NCBI GenBank assembly: GCA_963705215.1
Contig: CAVPJI010000010.1
Location: 104,564-168,563 of the forward strand
DNA: 64,000 bases
Origin: an uncultured Chloroflexia bacterium
GTDB taxonomy: Bacteria > Chloroflexota > Limnocylindria > Limnocylindrales > CSP1-4
Reading direction: 5' to 3'
Position 1 is the first letter of the stretch. Each line of letters begins with the position of its first letter. The position numbers and the translations under genes are program-made. Of this stretch, positions 28,461-41,104 are shown piece by piece. The notes below the pieces were generated by a model. The model had not been told where the DNA came from. It did not search any database and was given only the letters and a program-made list of their open reading frames with translations.

Positions 28461-29933
28461 GTGTCCGACCCCCGCCCCGCCGACGCGCCCGCACCCCGCC
28501 CTCGCACGCTCGTCGAGAAGATCTGGGACGACCACGTCGTCGCCCAGGACGAGGGCGCCCCCGCCGTCCTGGCAATCGACCTCCACCTCGTCCACGAGGT
28601 GACGTCGCCGCAGGCCTTCACGAGCCTGCGCGCCCGCGGCCTCCGCGTCCGCCGCCCCGAGCGCACGGTCGCGACCGCCGACCACTCCACGCCCACGGCG
28701 CCGCGCGGCCTTCCGATCATCGACCCGATGGCCGCCGCCCAGGTGAAGCAGCTGGAGGCGAACTGCGCGGAGTTCGGAATCCCGATCCACGCCTACGGCA
28801 GCGACACCCAGGGGATCGTCCACGTCATCGGCCCGGAGCTCGGCCTGACCCAGCCGGGCATGACGATCGTGTGCGGCGACAGCCACACGGCGACCCACGG
28901 AGCGTTCGGGGCCCTTGCCTTCGGGATCGGGACGAGCGAGGTCGAGATGGTCCTCGCCACCCAGACCCTCCTCCAGCGGCAGCCGAAGACCTACGAGGTC
29001 CGGGTCGACGGCCGGCTGCGTCCCGGCGTCGGGGCGAAGGACGTCATCCTCGCCCTCATCGCCCGGATCGGGATCGGCGGCGGCACCGGCCACGTCTTCG
29101 AGTATCGCGGCGAGGCGATCCGCGCGCTCTCGATGGAGCAGCGGATGACGATCTGCAACATGAGCATCGAGGGCGGGGCCCGGGCCGGCCTCGTCGCGCC
29201 CGACGACACGACCTTCGAGTACGTCCACGGTCGTCGCCATGCCCCACAGGGCGCGGCCTGGGACACCGCGGTCACCGGCTGGCGGACGCTCCCCACCGAC
29301 GAAGGCGCGGCGTTCGACACCTCGATCGCGCTCGATGCGAACACCCTCGAGCCGATGATCACCTGGGGCACGAACCCCGGCATGGGCATCCCCGTGAGCG
29401 GGCGCGTGCCCCGGCCTGAGGACGCCGCCGACCCGTCCTCGCGCCGCGCTCTCGAGCGGGCGCTCGAGTACATGAGCCTGCAGGCCGGCCAGCCGATCGC
29501 CGGTCAGCCGGTCGAGGTCGTCTTCATCGGCAGCTGCACCAACTCCCGGATCAGCGATCTGCGCCAGGCCGCCGCCGCCCTCGAGGGCCGCCACGCGGCC
29601 GAGGGCGTGCGCCTCATGGTCGTGCCGGGCAGCCAGCAGGTGAAGGCCCAGGCCGAGCGCGAGGGGCTCCACGAGATCTTCCGCGCGGCCGGCGCCGAGT
29701 GGCGCGAATCTGGCTGCTCGATGTGCATCGCCATGAACGGCGACCAGCTCTCGCCCGGCCAGTACGCCGTCAGCACCAGCAACCGCAACTTCGAGGGCCG
29801 CCAGGGGCGGGGCGGGCGGACGCTCCTCGCGTCGCCGCTCACCGCCGCGGCAAGCGCGATCGCCGGCGTCGTCACCGACCCGCGCACGCTGCCCGGGATC
29901 GAGCAGCCGGCCATGGTCGGCGGGGGGTACTGA
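28461..29933 (+). CDS. leuC: 3-isopropylmalate dehydratase large subunit.
   Basis: Aconitase-family motifs: VCGDSHT, Cys ligands FIGSCTNSR…CSMCIAMN, and [12 protein letters not shown]. Confidence 0.9.
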   Translation: MSDPRPADAPAPRPRTLVEKIWDDHVVAQDEGAPAVLAIDLHLVHEVTSPQAFTSLRARGLRVRRPERTVATADHSTPTAPRGLPIIDPMAAAQVKQLEANCAEFGIPIHAYGSDTQGIVHVIGPELGLTQPGMTIVCGDSHTATHGAFGALAFGIGTSEVEMVLATQTLLQRQPKTYEVRVDGRLRPGVGAKDVILALIARIGIGGGTGHVFEYRGEAIRALSMEQRMTICNMSIEGGARAGLVAPDDTTFEYVHGRRHAPQGAAWDTAVTGWRTLPTDEGAAFDTSIALDANTLEPMITWGTNPGMGIPVSGRVPRPEDAADPSSRRALERALEYMSLQAGQPIAGQPVEVVFIGSCTNSRISDLRQAAAALEGRHAAEGVRLMVVPGSQQVKAQAEREGLHEIFRAAGAEWRESGCSMCIAMNGDQLSPGQYAVSTSNRNFEGRQGRGGRTLLASPLTAAASAIAGVVTDPRTLPGIEQPAMVGGGY

Positions 29934-29936
29934 GCC

Positions 29937-30572
29937 GTGGCCGAGCCGTTCCGCCAGTTCACGAGCAAGGTCGTCCCGCTTCCCGCGGAGAACGTCGACA
30001 CGGACCAGGTGGTCCCGGCGCGCTACCTCAAGATCACCGACAAGGCCGACCTCGCGAACGCCCTCTTCCGCGACTGGCGCTTCAACGACGACGGGTCGCT
30101 CAAGGACCCGCCGTTCGTCCTCGACCGGCCGGAGATGGCCGGGCGGCAGATCCTCCTCGTGGGCGACAACTTCGGGACCGGCTCCTCGCGCGAGCACGCG
30201 CCCTGGGCGCTCACGGCGTGGGGGATCCGGGCCGTCTTCTCCACCAGCTTCGCCGACATCTTCCGCAGCAACGCCCTCAAGAATGGGGTCCTGCCGATCG
30301 TCGTCGACCCGGCGACCCACGCCCGGCTGTTCGATCTCGTGGAGGCGAACCCCGACGCCCGCCTGACGGTGGACCTCGCCGAGCAAGGCGTCCTGCTCCC
30401 GGATGGAAGCACGCTCGACTTCGAGATCGATCCCTTTGCCAAGCAGATGCTCCTCGCCGGCACCGACGAGATCGGGTACGTTGCCACGAAGCTCCCCGCG
30501 ATCGAGGCGTGGGAGGCCGCCCGCCCCGCCCGCGTCGACACGCGCCTCGGGACGCCGCCCGCCACGCCCTGA
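29937..30572 (+). CDS. leuD: 3-isopropylmalate dehydratase small subunit.
   Basis: VGDNFGTGSSREHAPWAL aconitase swivel-domain motif. Directly follows leuC. Confidence 0.9.
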   Translation: MAEPFRQFTSKVVPLPAENVDTDQVVPARYLKITDKADLANALFRDWRFNDDGSLKDPPFVLDRPEMAGRQILLVGDNFGTGSSREHAPWALTAWGIRAVFSTSFADIFRSNALKNGVLPIVVDPATHARLFDLVEANPDARLTVDLAEQGVLLPDGSTLDFEIDPFAKQMLLAGTDEIGYVATKLPAIEAWEAARPARVDTRLGTPPATP

Positions 30573-30605
30573 CGCGGCGCACGCCGAACCCGCACGACCC
30601 GCCAG

Positions 30606-32012
30606 GTGGATGCAGCATCGGAGGCCTCGTTGACCATCGACTTGACCAGCACCCTGCCGCCTGATAGCCCGGCTGCGCTCGCCCTTGTGCGAGGACGCTC
30701 GCTCCGCACCACCGTTCCACGGCGCAGCCATGGCGGCTGGACGGCCGCGGCTGATCGGCCGGACCCTGTCGCGACCCTGATGGCGTCGAACGAGGGACGG
30801 CTCCCGCACCTGGTGCCGATCCGGATCGGGCGGATGCTTGCCTCGCCGTTCGCCTTCCTGCGAGGCTCCGCCGCGGTCATGGCTGGCGACCTGGCGATGG
30901 CCCCCCGGACGGGTTCGATGGTCCAGCTGTGTGGCGATGCGCACCTGGCCAACTTCGGCGTGTTCGCCAGTCCGGAACGGCGTCTCGTGTTCGACCTGAA
31001 CGACTTCGATGAGACGCACCGTGGGCCCTGGGAGTGGGACGTCAAACGGCTCGCCGCGAGCGTCGTCGTGGCCTCACGAGAGAACGGCTATCCGGAAGCC
31101 ACGTGTCGCGACATGGCGCGGACTGCCGCCTGGAGCTATCGACGGTGGACCCGGACGTATGCGGGGATGCGCGCGCTGGAGGTCTGGTACGCCGCGATTC
31201 CCATCGAGTCGATCGTCGAGCGCGTGGAGCGCGCCCGCGACCGAGCCTACCTCAACATCAACATCGACGAGGCTCGCCGCCGCGACCACATGCGGGCCCT
31301 CGGGAAGCTCTCGACCAGGGTGCCCGGGGGCGGCTGGCTCATTCGCGATCGACCGCCGCTGCTCCTGCGACTTCCCGACGACGACCCGGGCCGGGCCGCG
31401 CTGCCGGCGCTGTACGCCGCCTACCTTCGAACCCTGGCGCCGGACCGTCGCATCCTCGTGGAGAAGCACCGCCTGCTGGACGTTGCCCTCAAGGTCGTCG
31501 GCGTCGGCAGCGTCGGCACCCGCTGCTACGTCGCCCTGTTCGCCGGACCTGCCGGTGGCCCGCTGATCCTGCAGGTCAAGGAGGCAGGCCAGTCCGTGCT
31601 GGCACCCTACGTCCCCGGGCGCCGGCAGGGCCACCAGGGCGAGCGGGTCGTCAACGGGCAGCGGATCATGCAGGCCGTCTCTGACAGCTTCCTGGGTTGG
31701 ACGCGGTCCCCGGCGAGTGGGACGGAGTACTACGTCCGCCAGCTCCATGACATGAAGTACGGCATCGACATCGGGGGATTGCGTCCCGCGGGGATGCGGC
31801 TCTACGCGGAGGTCTGCGCCTGGGCCCTCGCCCGGGCCCACGCCCGGTCAGGCAACCCGGCGGAGATCGCCGGGTATCTTGGGGCAGGCGACATCTTCGA
31901 CGAGGCGATTGCCGACTTCGCGGTCAGATATGCCGACCAGACCGAGCGGGACCACGCGGCGCTCGCGGCCGCGGTCCGGATGGGCAGGCTCGCCGGGGAG
32001 ACCGGCGTCTGA
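30606..32012 (+). CDS. DUF2252-family protein (uncharacterised, widespread in Actinobacteria).
   Basis: ERRLVFDLNDFDETHRGPWEWDVKRLAAS…, length about 468 aa. Confidence 0.55.
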   Translation: MDAASEASLTIDLTSTLPPDSPAALALVRGRSLRTTVPRRSHGGWTAAADRPDPVATLMASNEGRLPHLVPIRIGRMLASPFAFLRGSAAVMAGDLAMAPRTGSMVQLCGDAHLANFGVFASPERRLVFDLNDFDETHRGPWEWDVKRLAASVVVASRENGYPEATCRDMARTAAWSYRRWTRTYAGMRALEVWYAAIPIESIVERVERARDRAYLNINIDEARRRDHMRALGKLSTRVPGGGWLIRDRPPLLLRLPDDDPGRAALPALYAAYLRTLAPDRRILVEKHRLLDVALKVVGVGSVGTRCYVALFAGPAGGPLILQVKEAGQSVLAPYVPGRRQGHQGERVVNGQRIMQAVSDSFLGWTRSPASGTEYYVRQLHDMKYGIDIGGLRPAGMRLYAEVCAWALARAHARSGNPAEIAGYLGAGDIFDEAIADFAVRYADQTERDHAALAAAVRMGRLAGETGV

Positions 32013-32040
32013 GCGACCGGCGCGCCTCGCCCGCCCGCGC

Positions 32041-34071
32041 CTACAGCAGCTCCGGGCGCTCGAACGGCTTGGCCAGCAGGTGCTCGTCCAGGAAGGCCAG
32101 GACCGTGGCGTACCACAGCCGCGCGTTCTGGGGCTTCAGGATCCAGTGGTTCTCGTCGGGGAAGTAGAGGAGCTTGCCCTCGACCCCGTGCCGCCGCAGG
32201 TCCGTCCAGAGCCGCAGCGCCTCGCTGACCGGGACACGGAAGTCCTGCTCGCCGTGGATCACCAGCATCGGCGTCCGGATCGACGCGAGGTGCTCGAACG
32301 GTGACTGGCTGACGTAGCGCTCGGGCTCCCGGTACGGGTCGCCCATCTCGAACTCCCAGAGAGCGCCCGTGTCGGTCGTGCCGTGGAAGCCGCGCAGCTC
32401 CCAGAGGCTCGCGTGGGTGACGATCGCCCGGTAGCGGTCGGTGTGGCCGGCCACCCAGTTGGCCATGTAGCCGCCGTACGAGCCGCCCATCAGGGCCGTG
32501 CGCGTGGCATCCAGGTCCGCCCGCTCGGCCAGCGCGGCATCCACCGCGGCGGTGACATCCTCGTACGGCGCCCCGCCCCAGTCGCTCCAGCCACGGGCAA
32601 CCATCGCCTGGCCGTAGCCGGTCGAGAGGGCCGGGTCCGGCATGAGCACGGCAAAGCCGCGCGCGGCGAGGACGTGCGGGTTCCAGCGCCAGTGCCAGCT
32701 GCTCCACGAGCCCAGCGGACCGCCGTGGACCCACACGACGAGCGGCGCCTTCGCGTCCACCGAGGCGTCCGCCGGCCGGACGAGCCAGCTCCCGACGGCC
32801 GTACCGTCGGCCGCGCGCGCGGTCAGCCGCTCGACAACGCCGGGTGCTTCAACGTCCGAGCCGAGGATCCCATTGGCCAGGGGGACCGGAACCTGGTCCG
32901 GCATCCGTGCGTCCAGACGCACGATGCGCGGCGGCGCGCCGATGGTGGAGCAGAGGGCGAAGACCGCGCTGCCGTCGGGCGTCGGGCAGAGGTCGGCGAG
33001 AGCGCCCGCAACGGTGAGGCGCGTGACGCGCCCGTCTGCGAGGTCCGCGCGGAAGGCGGGGTGGTGGCCGTCATCGTCGGCGGTGAAGAAGATCGCCGAG
33101 CCGTCGGGCGCCCAGGTCGCGTCCTCGGGCCAGCGATCGAGAGCCGGGGCGAGCGTCCGCTGCGCGCCGGTCGCCAGGTCGACGAGCACAAGGATCACCG
33201 TCGTGGCCTCGTCCGGGCTCCCGAACAATTCGCGGATGGCAGTCACCGCGCTGCCGTCCGGTGAGATCGCCGGGGATTGATACCAGCCGTCGCCCGCGGT
33301 CAGCGTCCGCCGTTCGCCGGTGGCCAGGTCGACCGCGACCAGGTCCGTCCGGACCCGGGGCAGGTCCGTCGCATCCGTACGGGAGGCAACGAGGACCCGG
33401 CCGTCCGGCGACAGGGCGAAGCCCGTCTCTTCGAAGGTGCTCGGAGCGACGTCCGGCTCCAGGTCCCGCGGCGCGGGGAGCGGCGCCTCCGGATCGTCGG
33501 CGAGGATCGCGGTGAAGAGGCGCCGGCGGCGCGGGCCGAGCCAGTGGTCCCAGTTGCGGACCGGGTAGTCGTTCTCGAAGAGCAGCGCGCCCACCCCGGC
33601 GTCCTTGCGAGCCTTGCCGCGCTCCGCGTCGGCCGCGAAGTCGGACGCGCCCGGGAACATCCCCGCCCCGAAGGCCACGACCGCGGCGTCGCGCGCCGTC
33701 GCCAGGCCGTCCACGCCGCCCTCCGGAGCGGCGAGGAGGCGCGCCTCGCCCCCGCCGGCGGGGAGGAGCCAGAGGGCGTTGACCTTCCGATCAGGGTCCG
33801 GCTTCGCGTCGGGGTCGGGGCGGCTCGACGTGAAGAGGAGCGAGCCGTCGGGGAGGAACTCGGCGCCGCCGGCCTCGCCGGCCGCCGAGCGGGTGATGCG
33901 ACGGGGGGCCGCCATGCCCGCCGGGTCCACCTGCCAGAGCGCCGAGCGCATCCGCTTGCCCTCGGGATCGGGCCCGCCGACGGCAACGACGAGGCGCCGG
34001 CCGTCCGGCGAGAGACGGAGGCTGGAGAGGCGCGGCAGCGCGAGGAGGCTGTCGACGTCGAAGTCGGTCAT
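32041..34071 (-). CDS. S9-family serine peptidase (beta-propeller plus alpha/beta-hydrolase; prolyl oligopeptidase/acylaminoacyl peptidase-like).
   Basis: N-terminal propeller repeats (SPDG…), C-terminal catalytic GGSYGGYM (nucleophile Ser), D and H downstream. Start MTDFDVDSL. Confidence 0.8.
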   Translation of the reverse strand: MTDFDVDSLLALPRLSSLRLSPDGRRLVVAVGGPDPEGKRMRSALWQVDPAGMAAPRRITRSAAGEAGGAEFLPDGSLLFTSSRPDPDAKPDPDRKVNALWLLPAGGGEARLLAAPEGGVDGLATARDAAVVAFGAGMFPGASDFAADAERGKARKDAGVGALLFENDYPVRNWDHWLGPRRRRLFTAILADDPEAPLPAPRDLEPDVAPSTFEETGFALSPDGRVLVASRTDATDLPRVRTDLVAVDLATGERRTLTAGDGWYQSPAISPDGSAVTAIRELFGSPDEATTVILVLVDLATGAQRTLAPALDRWPEDATWAPDGSAIFFTADDDGHHPAFRADLADGRVTRLTVAGALADLCPTPDGSAVFALCSTIGAPPRIVRLDARMPDQVPVPLANGILGSDVEAPGVVERLTARAADGTAVGSWLVRPADASVDAKAPLVVWVHGGPLGSWSSWHWRWNPHVLAARGFAVLMPDPALSTGYGQAMVARGWSDWGGAPYEDVTAAVDAALAERADLDATRTALMGGSYGGYMANWVAGHTDRYRAIVTHASLWELRGFHGTTDTGALWEFEMGDPYREPERYVSQSPFEHLASIRTPMLVIHGEQDFRVPVSEALRLWTDLRRHGVEGKLLYFPDENHWILKPQNARLWYATVLAFLDEHLLAKPFERPELL

Positions 34072-34106
34072 GGTGAGCGGCGTCCTCTCGGTGTCGGTTC
34101 GGCCGG

Positions 34107-34784
34107 TCAGGCGCGGGCTGCGCGCGCGTCCCGGATCCAGCCGAGGTAGCGGCGCGTCCGGTTCGCGATCTCGGCCCTGTCGCGGCCGGCGATCACGTTC
34201 GCGGGATAGAGGTGCCCGCCCACGCCGAGTGCGGCGACGCCCGCCTCGATCCAGGCCCGCGTCGCCTCCTCGGTGGCCACCACGTTCGTCGGCATGACCC
34301 GGGAGCCCGGGCTGGGAGCCAGGAAGTTGCGGACGAACGCGGGGCCGTCGTACGCAGCGGCCGGGAACAGCTTGACGATCTCGCAGCCGAGCTCCTCGGC
34401 CGCGGCAATCTCGGTGGCCGTCCCGCACCCGGGGATGTAGACCGCTCGGCGGCGGTTGCAGAGCCGGGCAACCTCCTCGCTGTACGACTGCCCGACGATG
34501 AAGCGCGCTCCGGCGGCAATGAACAGGGCCGCCGTGGGGGCGTCGATGATGGTGCCCGCGCCGAGGGTCACGCCGGGCAGCTCCGCAGCGACGCGACGCG
34601 AGAGGGCGGCGAAGGTGTCGAGCGCGAAGTCGCCGCGGTTCGTGAACTCGACGGCCGTGGCGCCGCCGTCGGCGCAGCCGGCCACCATGTCGAACGCCGT
34701 GTCCGGATCCGGGGCGGTGAAGATGAAGACGGCGCCACTGTCGAGGATCGCGCGGAGGACCCTCAGGCGATCGGGTGCGGTCAT
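34107..34784 (-). CDS. KDPG/KHG aldolase-family (Eda/DgoA-like) protein.
   Basis: TIM-barrel aldolase pattern …LGAGTII…IPGCGTATEI…KLFPA…. Start MTAPDRL within ORF 34107..35549. Confidence 0.55.
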   Translation of the reverse strand: MTAPDRLRVLRAILDSGAVFIFTAPDPDTAFDMVAGCADGGATAVEFTNRGDFALDTFAALSRRVAAELPGVTLGAGTIIDAPTAALFIAAGARFIVGQSYSEEVARLCNRRRAVYIPGCGTATEIAAAEELGCEIVKLFPAAAYDGPAFVRNFLAPSPGSRVMPTNVVATEEATRAWIEAGVAALGVGGHLYPANVIAGRDRAEIANRTRRYLGWIRDARAARA

Positions 34785-34896
34785 GGGCGGGCGACTCCTC
34801 GGCGGACGGGCGTTACGGCGAGAGCGGATGCTTGGCCGCTTTCCGGGCGACGCGGCCATGGTGCCGGAATCCGGGCCGTCGCGCACAATCCCCGCG

Positions 34897-36087
34897 ATGG
34901 ACCTCCTTCCGATCAACACGATCGACCTCATCGTGCTGGTGCTCGCGATCATGGGGGCGCTGATCGGCTTCCGGTCGGGCGCGATCCCGCAGGTCCTGGG
35001 GCTGGCCGCCGTCGGCGTCGCCGTCGTCCTCATCGTGGCGCTGGCGCCGCAGCTCGTCAGCGCCCTGGCCGGGCTGGAGCAGCCGGCACGCGCCTTGGTG
35101 GCGATCGGGGGCGCCTTCCTGATCGTGGCCCTGGCCCAGGCGATCGGCTCGAGCGTGGGTGCCCTGATGCGCAGCGAGCTCGTGGGGGGTGTCGGAGGCG
35201 GGATCGACAGCGCCCTCGGGGCGATGCTCGGGGCGGCGCAGGTGGTCCTCGTCACCTGGCTGGTGGGCGGGCTTCTCGCGACGAGCTCCCTCCCGGTCGT
35301 CGCGGGCATCGCCGGCCGATCGGTCGCGGTCCGATGGCTCCTCGAGGTGCTCCCGCCCCCCGGTGAGGTCATCGGCAGCGTCGGCGCGGTCCTCGACGAG
35401 AGCGGCCTGCCCCAGGTCTTCAGCGGGATCGAGCCCCTGCCGGCGCCGCCGGTGGAGCTCCCGGCCGTCATCGAGGCCGGCGGCATCGCCGCCCGCGCCC
35501 TCGCGAGCACCGTGCGGGTGGACGCGCAGGGCTGCGGCGCCTCCTTCACGGGTGCCGCCTTCTCCGTTGGCGAAGGCTACTTCGTCACGAACGCCCACGT
35601 CGTCGCCGGCGCCGAGCGGATCACGCTCCGCGGCGAGGCCGGGTCCGGGCGCGGGACGGTCGTCCTGTTCGACCCGGACCTCGATGTCGCCGTGGTGCGC
35701 GTGTCCGAGCTCCGCCTGCCGGCCCTCGTCCTGGCGCCCGAGGCGCCCGAGCGGGGCGCCATCGGGGCCGCCCTGGGCTTCCCGAACGGGGCCGGCCTGA
35801 CCACGATCCCCGCCGCAGTCACGGCCCAGGTCCGAGCCCGCGGTCGCGACATCTACGGCGAAGCGCCGATCGTCCGCGACGTGCTGGAGCTGCTCGCGGC
35901 GATCGAGCCGGGAGCCAGCGGCGGCCCGCTCGTGCTGCCGAACGGCACCGTCGGCGGGGTGGTCTTCGCCGAGTCCCGGACCGACGAGACCGTGGGCTAC
36001 GCGCTGGACCCGGCGGCCGTATCGCTGGCGATCGGGCCGGGCATCGGGGAGACTGGCGCGGTCGACACGGGACCCTGCATCCGGTAG
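34897..36087 (+). CDS. MarP-like membrane serine protease: a CvpA-family 4-TM N-terminus fused to a trypsin-like S1 domain.
   Basis: [25 protein letters not shown]… TM helices, then [13 protein letters not shown]…TNAHVV…DVAVV…GASGGPLV (His/Asp/Ser triad). Confidence 0.7.
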   Translation: MDLLPINTIDLIVLVLAIMGALIGFRSGAIPQVLGLAAVGVAVVLIVALAPQLVSALAGLEQPARALVAIGGAFLIVALAQAIGSSVGALMRSELVGGVGGGIDSALGAMLGAAQVVLVTWLVGGLLATSSLPVVAGIAGRSVAVRWLLEVLPPPGEVIGSVGAVLDESGLPQVFSGIEPLPAPPVELPAVIEAGGIAARALASTVRVDAQGCGASFTGAAFSVGEGYFVTNAHVVAGAERITLRGEAGSGRGTVVLFDPDLDVAVVRVSELRLPALVLAPEAPERGAIGAALGFPNGAGLTTIPAAVTAQVRARGRDIYGEAPIVRDVLELLAAIEPGASGGPLVLPNGTVGGVVFAESRTDETVGYALDPAAVSLAIGPGIGETGAVDTGPCIR

Positions 36088-36158
36088 CCGGCCATCATCC
36101 GGTAGCCGGCCGTACACTTCGCCTCGCCCCGTCGCGCCCACCAACGAGGACCTCCACG

Positions 36159-37891
<1,733 letters not shown>

Positions 37892-37895
<4 letters not shown>

Positions 37896-38896
37896 GCGAG
37901 CGGAGCGGGACGACGGTGGGCAGGGGCACGTCGGCGAGCCTCCGCGGGTCGGCCGGCGGTGGCGCATCGCCGGCTGACCTCGGCCCCCGTCATCCGGGGT
38001 TGATCGGCTTCCGGATCGCTGCCACCGCCTCGGCCGGGATCGACTGGGCGCGCCTCGACGAGACCTGGTCGCTGGCGGGCGAGCTGGGCGCATTCGACGC
38101 AGGCTGGCTGAGCGACCACCTCTCCGATGCCGCGCGCGACCGTGGCGGCCCGGCCGTGGAGGCGCTCACCGCGGCGGCCGCGCTGGCCCATCGCGTTCCC
38201 GGGAAGTGGATCGGGATCGCCGTCGTGGCCAACACGTTCCGCCACCCGTCGGTCCTGGCGAAGGCCGCGACGGTCCTCGACAACGTCACCGGGGGCCGGT
38301 TCATCCTGGGGATGGGGGCGGGCTGGCACGAGGGCGAGCACGAGGCGTTCGGGATCCCGCTGCCGTCGATGGCCGATCGGTTCGATCGCTTCGAGAGCGG
38401 CGTCGCGACCGTGGCGGCCCTCCTGTCGGATGAGGCGCGGATGCCGCCCGGCGTCTCGCGTGACGACCCGTTCTACCCGCTCCGCGACGCCACGAACGAG
38501 CCGCCCCCCGCCCGGCCCGGCGGCCCGCCGATCTGGCTGGGCGGCCAGCGCCGGCGGGGCATCGCCCTCGCGGTCCGGCATGGGGATGGCTGGCCTATGC
38601 CCGGCAACCGGCCGGGCGACGTCGCGTACTTCGCGCACAAGAGGGACGAGATCCGGCGGGCGCTCGAGACCGCCGGCCGGGACCCGGAGGCGTTCACGTT
38701 CGCGGCCCAGCTGAGCTGCGGGACGACGGGGGCGGAGCGCCGCGAAGCACTGGCGGTCGGGCTGGCGTTCGTGCGGGCCGGCGCCGGCCACGTGATCCTC
38801 GGCCTGCCGGCCACCGTGGCCCCGAACGGGCTCGCCGACGTGGCCCGCGAGGTGGCGGAGCCCCTGATCGGGGCGGCCGGCCGGGAAGGCACGTGA
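37892..38896 (+). CDS. LLM-class (luciferase-like) flavin/F420-dependent oxidoreductase. The start is uncertain: GTG at 37892 overlapping the ilvD stop, or TTG at about 38000.
   Basis: [11 protein letters not shown]…[34 protein letters not shown]… are LLM family motifs. Confidence 0.65.
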
Positions 38897-38903
38897 TCCG
38901 GCG

Positions 38904-39200
38904 ATGACCGACGCGTCCGAGCCCGGGGCGGCGCCGGACCCCACAGCGGAAGCGCCAGCTCCTGCGGAGGCTCCGGCCGCCCCGGCCGAACCGCACCCGT
39001 GGGCCGACACCGACCGTCCGCGCGGCCTCGACGCTCCGTTTGCACCGGGCGGCGAGGATGAGGCGCCGCCCGAGAGGATCGCCGACGAGCGCCGCCTCGC
39101 GCGCCTGCTCGTCCTGATGGTCGTCCTGCTCGTCGGCGTGCCGACGCTCCTCACGCTGATCGCGTTCATCGGCCAGCTGCTCGCCCTGCGCGGGGGCTGA
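38904..39200 (+). CDS. Small hypothetical membrane protein (98 aa) with a Pro/Ala-rich N-terminus and one TM helix.
   Basis: An ORF with ATG directly after the upstream stop. TM segment LLVLMVVLLVGVPTLLTLIAFIGQLL. Confidence 0.3.
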   Translation: MTDASEPGAAPDPTAEAPAPAEAPAAPAEPHPWADTDRPRGLDAPFAPGGEDEAPPERIADERRLARLLVLMVVLLVGVPTLLTLIAFIGQLLALRGG

Positions 39201-39254
39201 CGGTCGAGGGCGTCCGCCGGTGACAGCGGCACGATCGCGCCCGGTGGGCCGACC

Positions 39255-39827
39255 TCAAAGAACGCCGAGGCCCTGCAGGACGAGGATCGCGCCGAAGACC
39301 ACGAAGGCGCCGGCGGCGAAGACCTTGATGGCGCGCTCCGGCAGCCGCGAGCCGAGGAGCGCGCCGACCCCGATCGCCAGCGCGTCGGCCGCGACCATCC
39401 CGGCGGTCGAGCCGAGCCAGACACCGATCGGCTCGTTGTTGGTGGCGAGCGTGATCGTCGCCAGCATCGTCTTGTCGCCGAGCTCCGCGAGGAAGAATGC
39501 GGTCCCGATCGAGACCATCGCCCAGCGGGTGGACCGGGCGGCCCGCGACTCGTCCTTCTCGCCGAGCTGGTCACCACGGAGCGTCCAGGCGGCGAAGGCA
39601 AAGAAGGCGAGGCCGGCCGCGATGTTGATGACGTTCGTCGGGAGGGCGAGCGCGAACGCCGCGCCGAGGAGGACCGACATCGCGTGGACGATGAGCGTCG
39701 CGACGGTCACCGCGGCCAGCACCATCCAGGCCGGATAGCGGGCGGCGAAGGCAAGAGCCATGAGCTGGCTCTTGTCGCCCAGCTCGGCGAGCAGCACGAT
39801 GCCGAAGCTCAGCCAGAATGCATCCAC
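39255..39827 (-). CDS. GDT1/UPF0016 (TMEM165) family cation (Mn2+/Ca2+)/H+ transporter.
   Basis: Two E-x-G-D-K-(T/S) motifs (LAELGDKSQL and LAELGDKTML) across six TM helices. GTG start with a GGAGGA RBS. Confidence 0.7.
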   Translation of the reverse strand: MDAFWLSFGIVLLAELGDKSQLMALAFAARYPAWMVLAAVTVATLIVHAMSVLLGAAFALALPTNVINIAAGLAFFAFAAWTLRGDQLGEKDESRAARSTRWAMVSIGTAFFLAELGDKTMLATITLATNNEPIGVWLGSTAGMVAADALAIGVGALLGSRLPERAIKVFAAGAFVVFGAILVLQGLGVL

Positions 39828-40029
39828 GAAATCCTCCGGCTGGGGGGCGCCGGGCGGGGTGCGACCTCGACCCGGCACCCGGGGATGGGTGCTGGTCGAA
39901 GGTCTCGTCCACCCGCGAGGGCCCGGCGACCGGGCGCCGAGGCGCCAGCATGTCGATCAACCGGAGAGGGACTACTCCCCTTCGCGCGGAGTGTGGGGCC
40001 CGCGGGATCCGCGCGTCAAATGGAGGCCC

Positions 40030-40240
40030 TTGGCGCTGGGCGAGACACCTTGAGTTGAACGCACCACGGCGCCAACCGGACCAGCACACCGCAAGAAACG
40101 GCATGTCGAACGCGAGGAACCTGCACGGCGCGGCCAGCGGTGCCCGATTCCCGACGTCGAGCGCAACGAACCACCCGGCCCGCCGTCGGGGAGGGCCGGG
40201 CGTTGAGCTCAGCGCAAACGCGTCCGCGACCCAGGATCCC
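40030..40240. repeat. Degenerate fourth copy of the dispersed repeat (CCTTGAGTTGAACGCACC … GAGGAACCTGC … GGCGTTGAGCTCAGCGCAAACGCG) in the GDT1 upstream / marR downstream region.
   Basis: The terminal motifs and the internal block are in the same order as copies 1, A and B, but weaker. Confidence 0.3.
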
Positions 40241-40322
40241 GGCGAGGCGACGGCGGGGTCGTCGCCGCAACAGGCGCCGCCACAGGGGGCGCCCGCCGCC
40301 ATCGCCGCCCCGGCGGCCGTCG

Positions 40323-40835
40323 CTACAGCGGGCGCTGCTTGATGAGGCGGCCGCGCCGCGAGACCGCGCGGGTCGCCAGTGCGGCAACGCCCATCGCCAC
40401 GATCGCCCGCTCCGCCTGGGGGAGTGGCCGGACCACGGCGAGGAACTGGTCCGCCCGGGCCCGGTCGATGACCGCCACCAGAGCGCGTCCGCGCTCGGTG
40501 AGCCAGACCGACTTCATCCGGCGGTCGTCGGGCTCCTCCCGGCGCTCGAGGAGCCGGCGCCGGACCAGCCCGTCCACGAGCCGCGACGTCGCCGACGGGG
40601 AGCGATTCAGCGTGTCCGCGAGGTCGACGATCGTGGTGGTGCCGCCGTCCGCGACCGCGTAGAGGGCGGCCAGCTGGGTGAAGCCCAGGCGCAGCTCCCC
40701 GAGCTGGGCGGCGAACCCGATCACGAGCTCCCGCCAGAGTGCCTTGCCGAACGAGACGCGCTCGGAGAGCTCGCGCGGGTTCTGGATCCGTGACCGCGCG
40801 GCCGCCACCGGGGCGAGCAGCACGTCGTCGGCCAT
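40323..40835 (-). CDS. MarR-family transcriptional regulator, divergent from fabD.
   Basis: Winged-helix MarR core (…QLAALYAVADGGTTTIVDLADTLNRSPSATSRLVDGLVRRRLLERREEPDDRR). Alternative upstream start at 40919. Confidence 0.7.
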   Translation of the reverse strand: MADDVLLAPVAAARSRIQNPRELSERVSFGKALWRELVIGFAAQLGELRLGFTQLAALYAVADGGTTTIVDLADTLNRSPSATSRLVDGLVRRRLLERREEPDDRRMKSVWLTERGRALVAVIDRARADQFLAVVRPLPQAERAIVAMGVAALATRAVSRRGRLIKQRPL

Positions 40836-40948
40836 CGCCTCCAGGGACGCGGTCGTGACCCGGGCGGGGTGCGGCCGCCCGGGCGGCGGGCGAACAGGGC
40901 GCGGACGGGACTGGGTCACCGGACGAGGCTATCCCGTCGGCTCGAATC

Positions 40949-40964
40949 GTGCAACGTTGCACGC
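40949..40964. promoter_or_regulatory. Perfect 16-bp palindrome CGTGCAACGTTGCACG in the marR-fabD divergent intergenic region; a candidate MarR operator.
   Basis: Seen directly, and it is its own reverse complement. It lies about 140 bp upstream of the fabD ATG. Confidence 0.4.
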
Positions 40965-41104
40965 GTTCCGCGGATGACGCCACGCTCACGGGGTACCCTG
41001 CACGCGATGCCGGCGGGCACGCGCGTCCCGCTCGAGCCCGCCTCCCGGGAGGCCCCGGGCGTTGCAGCCGCACCCAGCCCGTTCGCACGAGGTACCGCCA
41101 GCAG

